Positions 32,497 to 43,432 of a stretch of 51,739 nt of DNA are shown in pieces. A program made the translations under genes and the position numbers. Source of the DNA: a virus (taxonomy: Duplodnaviria > Heunggongvirae > Uroviricota > Caudoviricetes > Demerecviridae); IMG/VR virus record IMGVR_UViG_2974604416_000001, positions 64,001 through 115,739 of that record; one strand, given 5' to 3'. The notes below the pieces were generated by a model. That model did not search any database, had not been told where the DNA came from, and worked only from the letters and a program-made list of their open reading frames with translations. How positions within the stretch are numbered: the first letter of the stretch is position 1; every line of letters begins with the position of its first letter.

Positions 32497-33636
32497 TTAA
32501 ACTGGAGTAACAAATCCTGTTGTCAGGAATTGGTCAATCTTGGTACGGTTAAGGTTTGGAGCCATGCAGAAGCGAACTTCGTCACCTGTAGACATGTCAG
32601 TACCCATACCCTTAAATTCGATGTTAAGACCCATCGCATCTTCGGTCTGCAACTCAGGTACGGATAGGTGAGCATTCGGTAGATGCACAACAATACCAGG
32701 AACCATGCTAGTTGCGTAGTAACCACCAATCATCAACTGGATCTTGAAGGAGTTGACAGAGCCAGTCATCTGTGATAGTAGCTTCCAAAGGTCGGAGGAA
32801 CCGTTGGCAACGTCATTCAAGTAGCACTCTAGGCTACCACTAACATCCAAGCCGCCAGTAAAGTATCCGATAGGACGGTCAACACGGTTTAGAGTGTTAG
32901 GTGTCAGATAACTGATGTTGTTGGAGATAGTGATGGTAGCTGCTGTGATGCCAATCTGGTCGTAGGTCAAACCGCTAGGCGCGTTATTGACAACTTTCAG
33001 AATGGATAGCTTGTTCTTAATGTAAGAGTTTTGCAGCCTTACGAACTCAGCGTCAGTGATACCGATAGTAGCTGGGTCAAATGGTTGAGCTGCTAGAGGC
33101 TCAATAAGGCCAGCGTTACCAGACCAGGTAATACGTGCAATATCACTAATATCTACAGAGATTTCAGCAGTATTAATCTAAATATCCGCCGCCTTAAACC
33201 AAATAGAGTCAACCAGCATATACAGGTGAGCCTTAGATAGTTCGTGGTACTGACTATCTTTGAAGGAAACCACTTGGTTCATCTTGTCTTGATAAACACC
33301 CTTTTCTTTGGTACCCGGTACAAAAGGGGAACCAGAGGCTAGACAGTGCCACAGAATCTAGTCTGGGGTACTAATGATTGCACCAACATCCGCAGCCTAG
33401 ATAGGTAGGATGTAGTTAGAGAATGACCACTCACCCGGGTCGATTGCATCTGTAAAACGACGAGCACCACGGATAGGCTTTGGTCCAGCCTCATCTAGGG
33501 TGATGTCAGTGTTAGTAGAAGTTTGACCGAAGCTCAGGTCATCCCCTACTAGGATTTCAAAGGTATTTGCCTTAGTGAACCCAGTTGTTACTGTGGACAC
33601 AAATACCCTGGTGTTACGAAGTAACTGAACGGCCAT
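32497..33636 (-). CDS. pb6: major tail tube protein, few TAG
   Basis: MAVQLLRNTRVFVST, RGARRFTDAIDPGEWSFSNY, YLTPNTLNRVDRPIGYFTG. Confidence 0.9.
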
Positions 33637-33646
33637 TTATTTCTCC

Positions 33647-34123
33647 TTAGATAATTCTACCATCTTCACAATACTTGAGAGTGATAGATAATTCACCAAT
33701 GGCTATAGGTCTTAAAATACCTTCATCGGTTGTAAGTCCGCTTAAGTTGTCGATAGCTACGTACCTAGTTTCGGTGGAGCCATCAGGATTACTAACAGTA
33801 TATTGTATACGCTCTGGCGTATCAAGAACTTTTTTAAGGTCTCTCAAGAGTAGCTGTATTTGTCGCTCTGAATCGTACTCGTCCTTGTAGTAAGCCCTAA
33901 CATACACCCTTAGAAGAGTCCAGCGTACGCCTCCAGGCTGATATTCATACTCCTCTGGCCCCTAGGTGATAGTAATCATAGGGAAGGAGGTTACTTCTTG
34001 GGCTAAGTAAGACTTAGTTTGTACGTTGTTATAGATGTTATGAAAATACTTAACACCTACGTTTTCCTAGCATAGCTCGGTTTTTACCTTGGCTGCTAAG
34101 GCTTCGCAAATATCTACTGACAT
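33647..34123 (-). CDS. tail terminator (T5 p142-like)
   Basis: FPMITI...TDEGILRPIAIGE; 159 codons. Confidence 0.78.
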
Positions 34124-34869
34124 TATCTCCTCCAATGTTGCTTGATATCAATCTTATATCTAGTCAGGCCTAACTGGGCTGCCTATTTCTATAGCTATTC
34201 AGTGATTAGTTTTTGTGGGTTTCTCTAGTTGCTAGATAGCCCTCTGTACCTAGATACCTGCGGGTCGAACACTGAGTAAGGACGAACCATATAAGTAAAA
34301 AACACAGATAAAGTGTTATTCTTAAGAACTAGGGGCTTCAAATCCACACTATACTATAACCTACCTGTGCGGTATACTAGACCAGAGGTGCCAGGACTTT
34401 TCATTTCAGCTACTACATTAGAAATGGTGGCTAACTTAAGGGCGTTTCTAAGATTTACTTCGGAAACGAACCTACCTTTACCATCTCTAAGGCCTGAATC
34501 TGATTTTTGTCCTCTGTATCTGCTATACTTACCTATATTAGTAGATATAACCTACTTCCTAGTTATAGCCCTAGACTATGGCTACATTCCCATAGCCTAT
34601 AAAATACGGTTCATAACATCTAAGTCCCCAGAAATAATAGCAGCCTAGACATTATCTACCAACTGCTCTGTTATGCTGGGGTTATCTTTAACTTGGGTTT
34701 TGAAGCTAAAGCTCACACTTGCTATGGATTCTTTAGGGTCTCTGGAGTCACCTAGCTTTATGGTCTCTGTTATCCTTAGATTACCATTATCCCTAGCTAG
34801 TGCTTCGTTAGACTCCTCTGGAACTTCTAGCTGTTTTACTAGTTTATCCGTAAAGAATTTACTCTACAT
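34123..34869 (-). CDS. tail completion protein (T5 p143-like); codon 2 is TAG
   Basis: YRTGRL*YSV, YMVRPYSVFDP, N*RNPQKLITE*L*K*AAQL. Confidence 0.82.
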
Positions 34870-34871
34870 AA

Positions 34872-35381
34872 TTATTTCCTATATAGGTCTAGGATAGATT
34901 TTACATGTGACGGTAGGTAGGAGACCTTATCGAAGTTAATCGCTTCTCCACCCTAGGAAATCTAAGACTTATATTCTTGCTTGTGGTAAAACTTCACCAG
35001 TTCCATCACAGCCACTTTAAGCGCTGCTAATCCTGGGATTTCCTAATTGGCTGCCGTAGTGCACACCAATTTAATAGACCCCTGAACTTCCTTAGATAGC
35101 ACAATCATGTAACCTCGCATAATGTTGGCGGTTACGTCAGCTAGGTTACCATTCACGTATACTTCGGTTATCTAAGAGATCCCTTCTTGGTCAATAATCA
35201 TTCTGTTATTTGGTAGGGGTAGATAGTCCTGTACCTCTACGGTTCCCTATGTGACCTCTTTTATGTTGGTATAATCCTACACAAAGGAGTTCTACATTTC
35301 AAGTAGATTAGTCAATTTCTACTCATCTTGTGGAGTAGTAATGGACATATACTACTTTAGTTCTGATAATGTTGCAAACAT
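34872..35381 (-). CDS. head completion / head-tail connector protein
   Basis: GGAGG RBS; LPSHVKSILDLYRK C-terminus; 170 codons. Confidence 0.78.
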
Positions 35382-35445
35382 TTTACCTCCTTTAGATAAA
35401 AAGAAAGGGAGGGAGATTTCTCTCCCTCCCTATTAGGAGTCACTA

Positions 35446-36825
35446 TTAAGCGGCGTACTTAGCAGACACAACACCGTTCGGGAACATGCGTTGCAGGTTC
35501 AGACGCTGAGTTGCGTAGTAAGCATCACGTTGCTTACCCGCTTGACGCTCTTTCTCAACAGTCAGTTGACGCTGACGTGGAACTACGAAGTTGTCGGTGT
35601 AAACGATAACAGCGTATTCTTTCTCAGCAGCCTTAGCTGGGAAGTACTCGGAGATAACTACTGGCATACCGTAGATACGACCAACTTGACCTTGAAGCTT
35701 AACAGAAGCTTCACCAACTTGGTTAACATCTTGCCACTCAGGATCTTCCAGCAGGTCGTAGTAAGCGTCCAGGGAAACAATCAGAGTCAGCTTGTTAACG
35801 TTGTAGCCGTAACGGCCAAGGTGACGACGCAGCTTGGAGATTTCCAGTGCAGTAACCTTAACAGAACCGTCAGCCTTAGCTGGGGTGGCAACAGCACGAC
35901 CGTCATCAGTAGCGAACTTCAACAGACCAGTAGGAACACCTGCACCGGTACCGTTCATGAATGCGTTCTCAATCGCCTTAGCGTGAGCTTCGATCAGGTG
36001 ACGACGCAGGATAGGAAGCAGAGGAAGAACAGCATCTTCTTCAGTTTCGTCGGTCATGAAGATCTTAGCAGCCAGTTTGAAGGTGCTGAAGGTCATTTCG
36101 CCAAGGGTAACTTTGATTTCGTTACCAACAGTTGCGTCAGTACCAAAGGTGGAGTTGTCTACCCAGTTGGCAGTACCAGCTTCTGGGTCAACCAGCATGG
36201 TCAGGGTCTTGGAGTTCATCGGCAATTCGGTGAACAGGTTACCTACAACCAGGGCCTTCTGGATATCACGCAGCAAGTTGGTGGAGAAAGTGGTTTCGTA
36301 GTCTTCGCTAGAAACTTGGATAGAAGAAGAACCGTTAACGGCCTTCAGGTGGCTCTAACCGTACTTGGTTTCAAACAGGCTCTTCTCAGTCAGATAAGAC
36401 AGGAATACCACGTTTTCAACTTCACGGGACAAGTCCTCGGACTTAGCATAACGCAGAGCACCTACGTTCATGGCTGGTAGGCCGGTACGAGCAGCAACCA
36501 GTTGGTTGATTTCGCCAGCTTGTGCCTTAACTTGCTCCTGCATAGCTTCCAGAGCGTCGGCGAATGCTTTGCCGCTTTCTTGCAGCTTAGCTTCCAGAGT
36601 CTTGATGGTTTCGTTAGCAGCTTCAAGAGACTTACGCTGTTCTCCGGTAGCACCTTCGATAAGAGCCTTGATACGCTCTTGTTCAGCCTTCTCTTTAGCA
36701 GCCTTTTCCTCGGCCTCCTTCTACGCCTTCTGAGTATCGTTCAGAGTCTTTAGAGCGGTAGAGATATCGTCAAGACCAAGCTGGGCGCGCAGAGCGGTAA
36801 TATCAATGTTTTGATTCTCGTTCAT
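35446..36825 (-). CDS. pb8: HK97-fold major capsid protein with N-terminal scaffold domain; only 2 TAG
   Basis: Closely resembles recalled T5 pb8 (VKLQGQVGRIYG, ERQAGKQRDAYY); TAG at codons 35 and 157. Confidence 0.95.
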
Positions 36826-37463
36826 TTCACAGATTTCCTTAAGCACCCAAGCTGACGAGCTAGTTTTACAATTTCTGGCTCAACAGGGGCAATTTGTGTA
36901 TTTTGTTTTGTGGAAGTAGGTTCTTTAATCAACTTAGCTTTTAACTCTTCACGGTTTTGAACCCCGAAAGACTTAGCCAAGTTAAACATGGAGTCTTGGT
37001 TACACGGGACAGAAACTACAGAAAGCTCAGTCATTTCTATCTCAGTCATAAGAAAAACGTCAACATCGGGTTTGTATTCCCAGTCCAAGAGACGGAATCC
37101 AATGGAGAATGCTTTCAGGATATTTTTCTTAATCTACTGGAATACAGCTGGGATTGTATTAGAAATCCTCACTCGAACAAAGAGACCTTCGTCTTTTACT
37201 TCCAGAGACTCAACTATGCCGATAGGCATAGAGTGGTTGTGATACGCTAGTACAATAGGATTCTTTCTATAGTTAGAAAGCTAGGATTCTTTTTCCCATG
37301 TACTACGTGGAATCAAATCGCCAGCCCTGTCAACGGTTGTGGTGTTGGCCATACCTTCAATTATGATATCGTCTTCATCACCACCTTCTGGTGCGGCTTT
37401 GATTACGGAGTTAATAGAGAAGTCTATAAGACCCTCTGCTCCCTTAAAGCGTTCATCACTCAT
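36822..37463 (-). CDS. prohead protease
   Basis: EGMANTTTVDRAGD, NPIVL*YHNH, FSIGF, ELSVVSVPCNQDS. Confidence 0.9.
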
Positions 37464-37746
37464 CTTTCTTCACCATTACTTTAGGAGGTGGAGTAGGCTT
37501 GACAGGCTTAGCCGTAACAGGTATTGCCTTGGTAGGCTCTACAGCTTCGCGTGTTTCTGCGTACTTCTTAAACTCTTCTTCCAGTTTCTGGAATGCTTTA
37601 CCTAGTGTAGGCTCACAGTAAATGCCTTTCAGCATCGCTGGAGTTACAATGGATTCAGTCTATCTAGTAGCGAAGAATAGGTGACGTGGAGGGAGCTTTT
37701 TACCGAAAAGCTTAACCAGCTATTCAAGTTTGCTTTGCTCAATCAT
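37456..37746 (-). CDS. hypothetical protein with Pro/Lys-rich tail between portal and protease
   Basis: 97 codons, 2 TAG, overlaps both neighbours. Confidence 0.6.
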
Positions 37747-38984
37747 TTGTCATCCTCGTTTGCTGGCCTGCCACCTTCTTGTCCTGAAACTCCGGTACCA
37801 GAACCCTAGATATTCTAAGGAACCCTGATTTGAGTTGTTTCTGGCAGTTTCAGTGCGGAAAGCCCTAACATAAGTCTACCCTCGTCTGCAGTAATCAACC
37901 CGTTATTCACAAGCTACGTTACACGGGTAGCTTCCTTCTGAGTATCAGGTGAGAGAGCAAATACGTCCGAAGTATCTAATTCGAAGCTATAACCGAAAAA
38001 CGCAGAAAGCTAACCGGTAAATTTCTTTAGGTTTGGTAGAATCGTTAAACTAAACATCAAGTCAATATTCGGCCTAATGTTAGCATTGTTCCCACCCTCA
38101 AGAAGGATAGGCGGAACTCCCATCTATGTACAGATTGCCTCGTTATGGGCTTTCTTGTCTTCATTGATACCTAACTGACCCATATCAATCTGAGCAGTAT
38201 TTTTAGCTTTTAGTCCCCCATCAAGAATCATGGCAGAGTTCATGAACTTACCGTTCTTGGTGTTGAAATTCACGTTGATGGTATCAAGTAGCTTGTCCTT
38301 GAAAGACTTACTTAGTACAGATTCGGTTTCTAAGATAAGACCCAGCATAGTACCATTATCTAGGTAACGCTCCTTGAAAGAGCTTAGCTTGTCTTTTCTT
38401 ATGATATCATTTTCCGCAGCCTTATAGCGCGAGTTCGCGCTGATGGCTGATGCCCCTACCCCATGAGTGTAAGAGTTATCCTTAATAAAGATAACTTCAT
38501 CAGTACTTAAACGACGGTCTCCAAACATGTAGTATTCTACAATGTTGTTACTGCCGGAGTACACCTTGACTTCCGTTTCTGGGATGTGGTAGAGGGCGGT
38601 GCCATCCCATACCGCAAATGCTCTGCCACCCATCCAGTAGTCGGTAAGTAGTAGTCTCCAAAAGGAGTTAGCATCTTGGAATAGGTTTGGCTTAATTTCT
38701 AGTAGCTTAGCTAGGGTGGCCTTGCTTGCAGTACTATCTTTCCGATTCATCTCAGATAGGCCCTTAGCTAGAGGGGTTACGTTGAGCTTTTTGCCAACAG
38801 TAATCTTTACCTCAGCCTAGCTATCAACTAGTATGTTTACGCACCTGTTGAAAACTGGGTCAAGCTTATAGGAGTCTGCCGCTGTTCTCTTATTAGGAGT
38901 AGCGGTTTCACCTGTAGGCTCTTTATCTTTGATATCTGACTGCACTGGATTCTTTTTGGTGAATAACCAGCTTTTAATATTCAT
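37743..38984 (-). CDS. pb7: portal protein
   Basis: IFIKDNS, ILDGGLK, GGNNANIRPN, VP*NI*GSGTGVSGQEGGRP. Confidence 0.92.
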
Positions 38985-38995
38985 TCGTTATCTCC

Positions 38996-39421
38996 TTAGC
39001 ACTTAAATCTGGAGAAGCGACCCTAAGAAGCCTAGGTGTGGGAACCTGACTACTTGTCATGTTGCTTCTGAACCCAATTACGTTGGGCATCTGCTGTATT
39101 AAGGAGAGGAGTCACACCATAGATTCTGTGCAACTCTTTGTGGTGTCCCTAGCAAAGAGTTACTGTGTCATCAACTAGTTCGTACCACCGCTCCTTATAA
39201 ATCTCTTCCCGGATTGAAACACACTCGTCTTCCGTTTCCGGCTAGGGCAAGTTATTTGCAGTGATAAACTAGTCCACAACTAGTTTAACAGAGTGATAGT
39301 GGTGTAACTCCAATTCTTGTTCAGAGGAACAAATGGCACAGCATTCCTACTTTTTGTAGTTCTACTTAATACCATCGCGTACGTACTTAACGACGTCACG
39401 CTTCTTAGTGTTAGCAGCCAT
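38996..39421 (-). CDS. T5-like HNH-fold nicking endonuclease next to portal
   Basis: CAICSS...LELHHYH...VTLC*GHHKELH. Confidence 0.75.
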
Positions 39422-39508
39422 GGGCTCTCCTCATTTCTATATAAACATGATATGCTATAGGTTTGTATTTGTAAAGATGCGTTTAAAAGTTCACTGGCAC
39501 AGACTAAA

Positions 39509-39910
39509 TTAGAAGGTGTACTTCCAGTGAAGGGTTAAAACACTGACCTTACCAGAGGGTATCCAGCCTATAATAGAGGTAATAGGGCCGGTTCTATATC
39601 CTAGCTCAAACTGCCCCATAGGTAATAGATCGTACTTCATGGGTGTGTCACCATAACCAGTTACTGCACCAACTTGTACGCCCTAATAAACGTCATCAAA
39701 CCACCAACCATAGCTCTTAGTAACCATCACGGAAGGTTCATAGTAGGAGTTATTAAACTATACAACACTCCAACCATCGTGTTCATACCCAACAGTTAGA
39801 TTGCGCTCATTAAAGTGTCTGGTCTCATTCTTGTAAGTGTACTCTCTAGCCCCGATGTGGTAAGAGAAGCCCCCTAAAACTAGGGAGCTCTATAAAGTTA
39901 ACTATAACAT
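39509..39910 (-). CDS. putative small outer-membrane beta-barrel (PagP-like), 4 TAG
   Basis: Hydrophobic N-terminus, GGFSYH...FNE.N...FNNSY...VGAVTGY, amphipathic strands, C-terminal WKYTF. Confidence 0.6.
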
Positions 39911-39913
39911 AAA

Positions 39914-41206
39914 TCACCTTACGAAAGTATAAATTGCATATCTAAATGCGTCCGCTACGTGAGAGTACTCATCGTGTAGGGGTCTTGGATCACGGCTGGG
40001 GTCGATTTCTGGGTCCCACTGATAGTTACGCAGCATCATAATATGCTTAGTACAGTTGTCTAGAACGAATAGTTTATCCTGCTGGAATAGAGATTGGATA
40101 TACTCGATACTATCAAGAGTAGATTTCTTCTACTTGATACTCTAAATATCATGCAACATCTACAAGTCAGCAGCAAACTGCGCGGCAGCGTAGTCTACAA
40201 ATACCATGTCAATCCCATACTTGTCCATTAGCTTAGTGAAGTTCTCAGCATGCTGCTAAGTAGTAAGTCGAGCCTACTCGTACTCATCACATACATAGAA
40301 TACATCTTTCTAGCCGTGGTACAGCAGACAGCTACCAGCAGTACTATCGGTATAACCGTGGTCAATACCCATAATGAATTCGAAGGTACCATCGTACTAG
40401 GGAAGCTATGGGACAACATGACGCTCCTGGTCGAAGCAAGTAAAAATCTGAGTTTCGAAAACGTCGAAACATGCCTCATACTCTTGTTTAAACTTAGCCG
40501 GGGAACAAGTTCTTCGGGCTTCTGCAATAACCGATTCTGGTACACGAGGGTTATCTCTATACGTACCGTGGATGGAGGCCCAACGACTAAGTTCTTTATC
40601 AGTACCTCGGTCATAAAACTTTCTAAACCAATTATCCCCACGAGGGGTACTAATAAACAGCTACTTACTATTCATTTTGTCCAACATTGGGCCAATTTGT
40701 ACGTCGAAGGTATCCCCACCCCGCCTATCAATCTAGGCCTCCTCATATATTACTAAATCGTAAGAGCGTCCTACTACAGAGTCTGCACGGTTTACAGAAC
40801 CAAGCTTGAAGAAAGAACCATTCTCAAGTTCAATTTCTTTATCTTTAGCGTTCTCTTTAATAGTCTCTACACCTGAACCCTTAAGAAGCTTCTTGATTTC
40901 ATCCCACCCGATATTAGCAATACTATAGTTGGGAGCCATTACCAAAACCTACGCACCAGGTTCTAGTAATTTTAGAAACTAACATGTATAAGCTATAAAA
41001 GACTTACCTACACGTCTGGATACGCAACAAGTTAAGTAACGGCAACGGGGGTCATTTAACTAGTTAATAATACCTATCTGTACTTGATTAGGTTCTACGC
41101 CTATTACATCTAGGTAGTTTTCTACTGGAAGCTAAAAGAAACGTTCATCAACGGGGATGTACTTGTTTAGCTCCTAGTATGTAATCCAATCTCTGGTTAC
41201 CTGCAT
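39914..41206 (-). CDS. terL: terminase large subunit
   Basis: SRRVGKS Walker A, YEEA*I Walker B, K*LFISTPRG, GIDHG, HDEYSHVADAFRYA. Confidence 0.95.
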
Positions 41207-41925
41207 ATAACCTCCATGAGCAATTGCTGGCTTATATCTTGTATTTGAGTAGCAGATAAATCAAAAAATTCAGTGTTACCATTATTTACCAGTGGGTTGT
41301 ACTTATTCTCAACACTATACTTTTTATGCAACTCCTTTTCTCTAAGTACCTACTAACTACCAAGGTTATACACCCCCAGTATTGATAGATTACCGCCTAT
41401 ATTTAAGATTCTCTATTTAAGGTTGTTAGTTACCCCTATCTTAGTAAGTCCGGTGTTATTACATTTTAGTAGGTATAAGAAATTTGACTTAGCGCCCTAC
41501 TAGCACTAGGGACACCCATGCCCAAGGTTAATGTGGTTAGCTGGAGTGATGCTAAAAGGTCCATGTTTTCTACATATAATGGTAATCTTTGTTTTACTCC
41601 TAGAATATATTGAACCCTAATAGTCATAAGTATCACCATGAACCTATCGCTACTTGGCAATAAATAACTCCTGGGTATCCGGTTTTACTCCGTGAACCTA
41701 GCAACTAGGGCAACCCTATCCCTTCATATGATTACCGGGGGAAACCTTAAATATACCATGTATCTTACACTTAACTGACTATAGGGTTTTTGAATCTGTA
41801 TACACAAACTCGGAGTAGTCGTATTTTTCACCATGCCTAGCCATGAACTTCTGGACCTAAAGTTCTGTTTTTCGTTCTATTGGAAGGTAGGGGTTTATTC
41901 TGCCGTCTGAGTATAATTCTTTCAT
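41197..41925 (-). CDS. homing endonuclease: two zinc-binding (CxxHG...GCPxC) repeats plus GIY-YIG-like domain
   Basis: HGEKYDYS, CKIHG, GCPSC, LYLL...KIGVT...GNTEFF; about 11 TAG. Confidence 0.82.
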
Positions 41926-42383
41926 TTCTTTTTACCGTTGATGATTTTGTCAAGCAACTAATTGTAGTTCTCCCCCCCATTTATCTGGATGTTGGTGGTG
42001 TTATTGTTTTGAATGAGGTTTGTGGTTTCCTAAAGTTTCATCGACATTTGGAGTTCCTACATTTTCATCTTATGCTATTTCTCAAGTAATGTAACAATAT
42101 CCATATCTGGTAGCATGCCTGTTTCTTCCATTTCTTCGATTTTAGCATTAATAATTTCATCCAACAAACCAAACATCCTGTCTCTATTTCTAAAGCCAGC
42201 TTCCTAAAACTGCTGGTCTAGGAGGGCCTTAACCGGACGTTGTGATAGGAAAGCAGACACATTTTCTATAGGCATGCCTAACTAGGTGGCTGTTTCCTTC
42301 ATTGAACACCCATTTGACAGATAGGTATTCATAACAGTAATAGCCTCCGGGGAGACTTCTAAGGGTACTAATTCTTTGGCCAT
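41922..42383 (-). CDS. terS: terminase small subunit
   Basis: [34 protein letters not shown]; GGAGG RBS. Confidence 0.85.
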
Positions 42384-42716
42384 CGTATTTATCCTCCAAC
42401 CTTTAAAGGTTAACTTTATTAGAGTATACCGTGATAAGAAGTGAAGTACAACTCATTTTTTATTTTCGTGGGGTTCGTGAAGCTCCGTGGGGTGGCGTGG
42501 CGTTGTGTGGGATTTCGTGCAATATCGTGTGGTTAGTGGTAAACGTGAATCTCCCGTATTTCTCCGTTGACGTGCGCTCTAAAGCACTTTCCAAAAATTT
42601 CAAGTGTTACACATGAAAAGGGGCCACTATATGGCTAAATGAGAATAAGTCTCATTACCGCCCTGGGGGCTCAAAGGAAACCGGCCCCCTTCGGAGCCGG
42701 TAAAATTAATTTGACT

Positions 42717-43364
42717 TTATTCGGTTCGCATGATAGGCCCAAAAGTCAGAGCATCATGATCATCTAGCATAGGCAAGGATTCATCCGGCATCATGTCAAA
42801 ATCATCCTGCACCTGTTGATCCAATGCCGCTTGCATCCCTTGGCGGAAAGCAAGATCCAAACGCTCGTTTATAGTCTTGGCGTCAAAAGTAACCACACCA
42901 AGGGAAGCAGCAGCAGCCAGCACGCCATCATGATCATCATATAGATGGATCACTGTTTCGGTGCGGGTGGCTTTGAGATGCTGAAGCCATGCTGATTTAT
43001 AGGCGGCATCACCCGAGCGCATGATAGCCTGCGCCATCTCAGGCGGAAATGCTTTGTGAAGGCGATCACGGCTGGCAATGAGTGCAGTCTTTAGGCCATG
43101 CTGGCGCAAAAATACATAATCGCTTTTCCGCATAAACCGAGCCGTGCAGATCCCGACACTCTCCCCCTTATCTATCAGGGCTTTCATGTGGTCAGCCAGC
43201 GGGAGCAAACGATCCGCCATGATCTTGCTATGCTGGCAAGCCTCGGCGCGATAGCGGGGGAGATTTAGATCCCCGTTAGCCTCAAGGCAAGGGGCTACAC
43301 GGTGAAGGGAGTCGATGGCCGTCCCATCGAGATCAAACAGGTGGAGGATCCTATCTTTAAACAT
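42717..43364 (-). CDS. dmp: HAD-family 5'-deoxynucleotidase (pre-early), TAG-free
   Basis: FDLDGT, CTAR, YDD motifs; T5 synteny. Confidence 0.85.
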   Translation of the reverse strand: MFKDRILHLFDLDGTAIDSLHRVAPCLEANGDLNLPRYRAEACQHSKIMADRLLPLADHMKALIDKGESVGICTARFMRKSDYVFLRQHGLKTALIASRDRLHKAFPPEMAQAIMRSGDAAYKSAWLQHLKATRTETVIHLYDDHDGVLAAAASLGVVTFDAKTINERLDLAFRQGMQAALDQQVQDDFDMMPDESLPMLDDHDALTFGPIMRTE

Positions 43365-43432
43365 TTTTGTAAATCTCCAAAATGGGAATTGAAATTGCGC
43401 CCGCCAAGGGCTAGGCGCAATTTATTGCATAA

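Noticed and set aside
35491-36480. 329-aa plus-strand ORF (likewise 7418-8242 and 50088-50813)
   Set aside because: Antisense shadows of real genes; no RBS or motifs.
8429-42383. Mass pseudogenisation or sequencing error as the cause of fragmented ORFs
   Set aside because: Interruptions are only TAG, frames are preserved, catalytic motifs are intact, and essential genes are affected.
8429-42383. Standard phage code 15 (TAG=Gln)
   Set aside because: Gln is implausible at ADWH, AHRLAW, DEAA, KALFISTP, PANIAGS and CAGN positions; only a few variable sites align to Gln.
8429-42383. TAG=Ser
   Set aside because: Ser fits some sites (SDWH) but the recalled homologue residue is Ala at most conserved sites. 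Disfavoured rather than excluded without proteomics.
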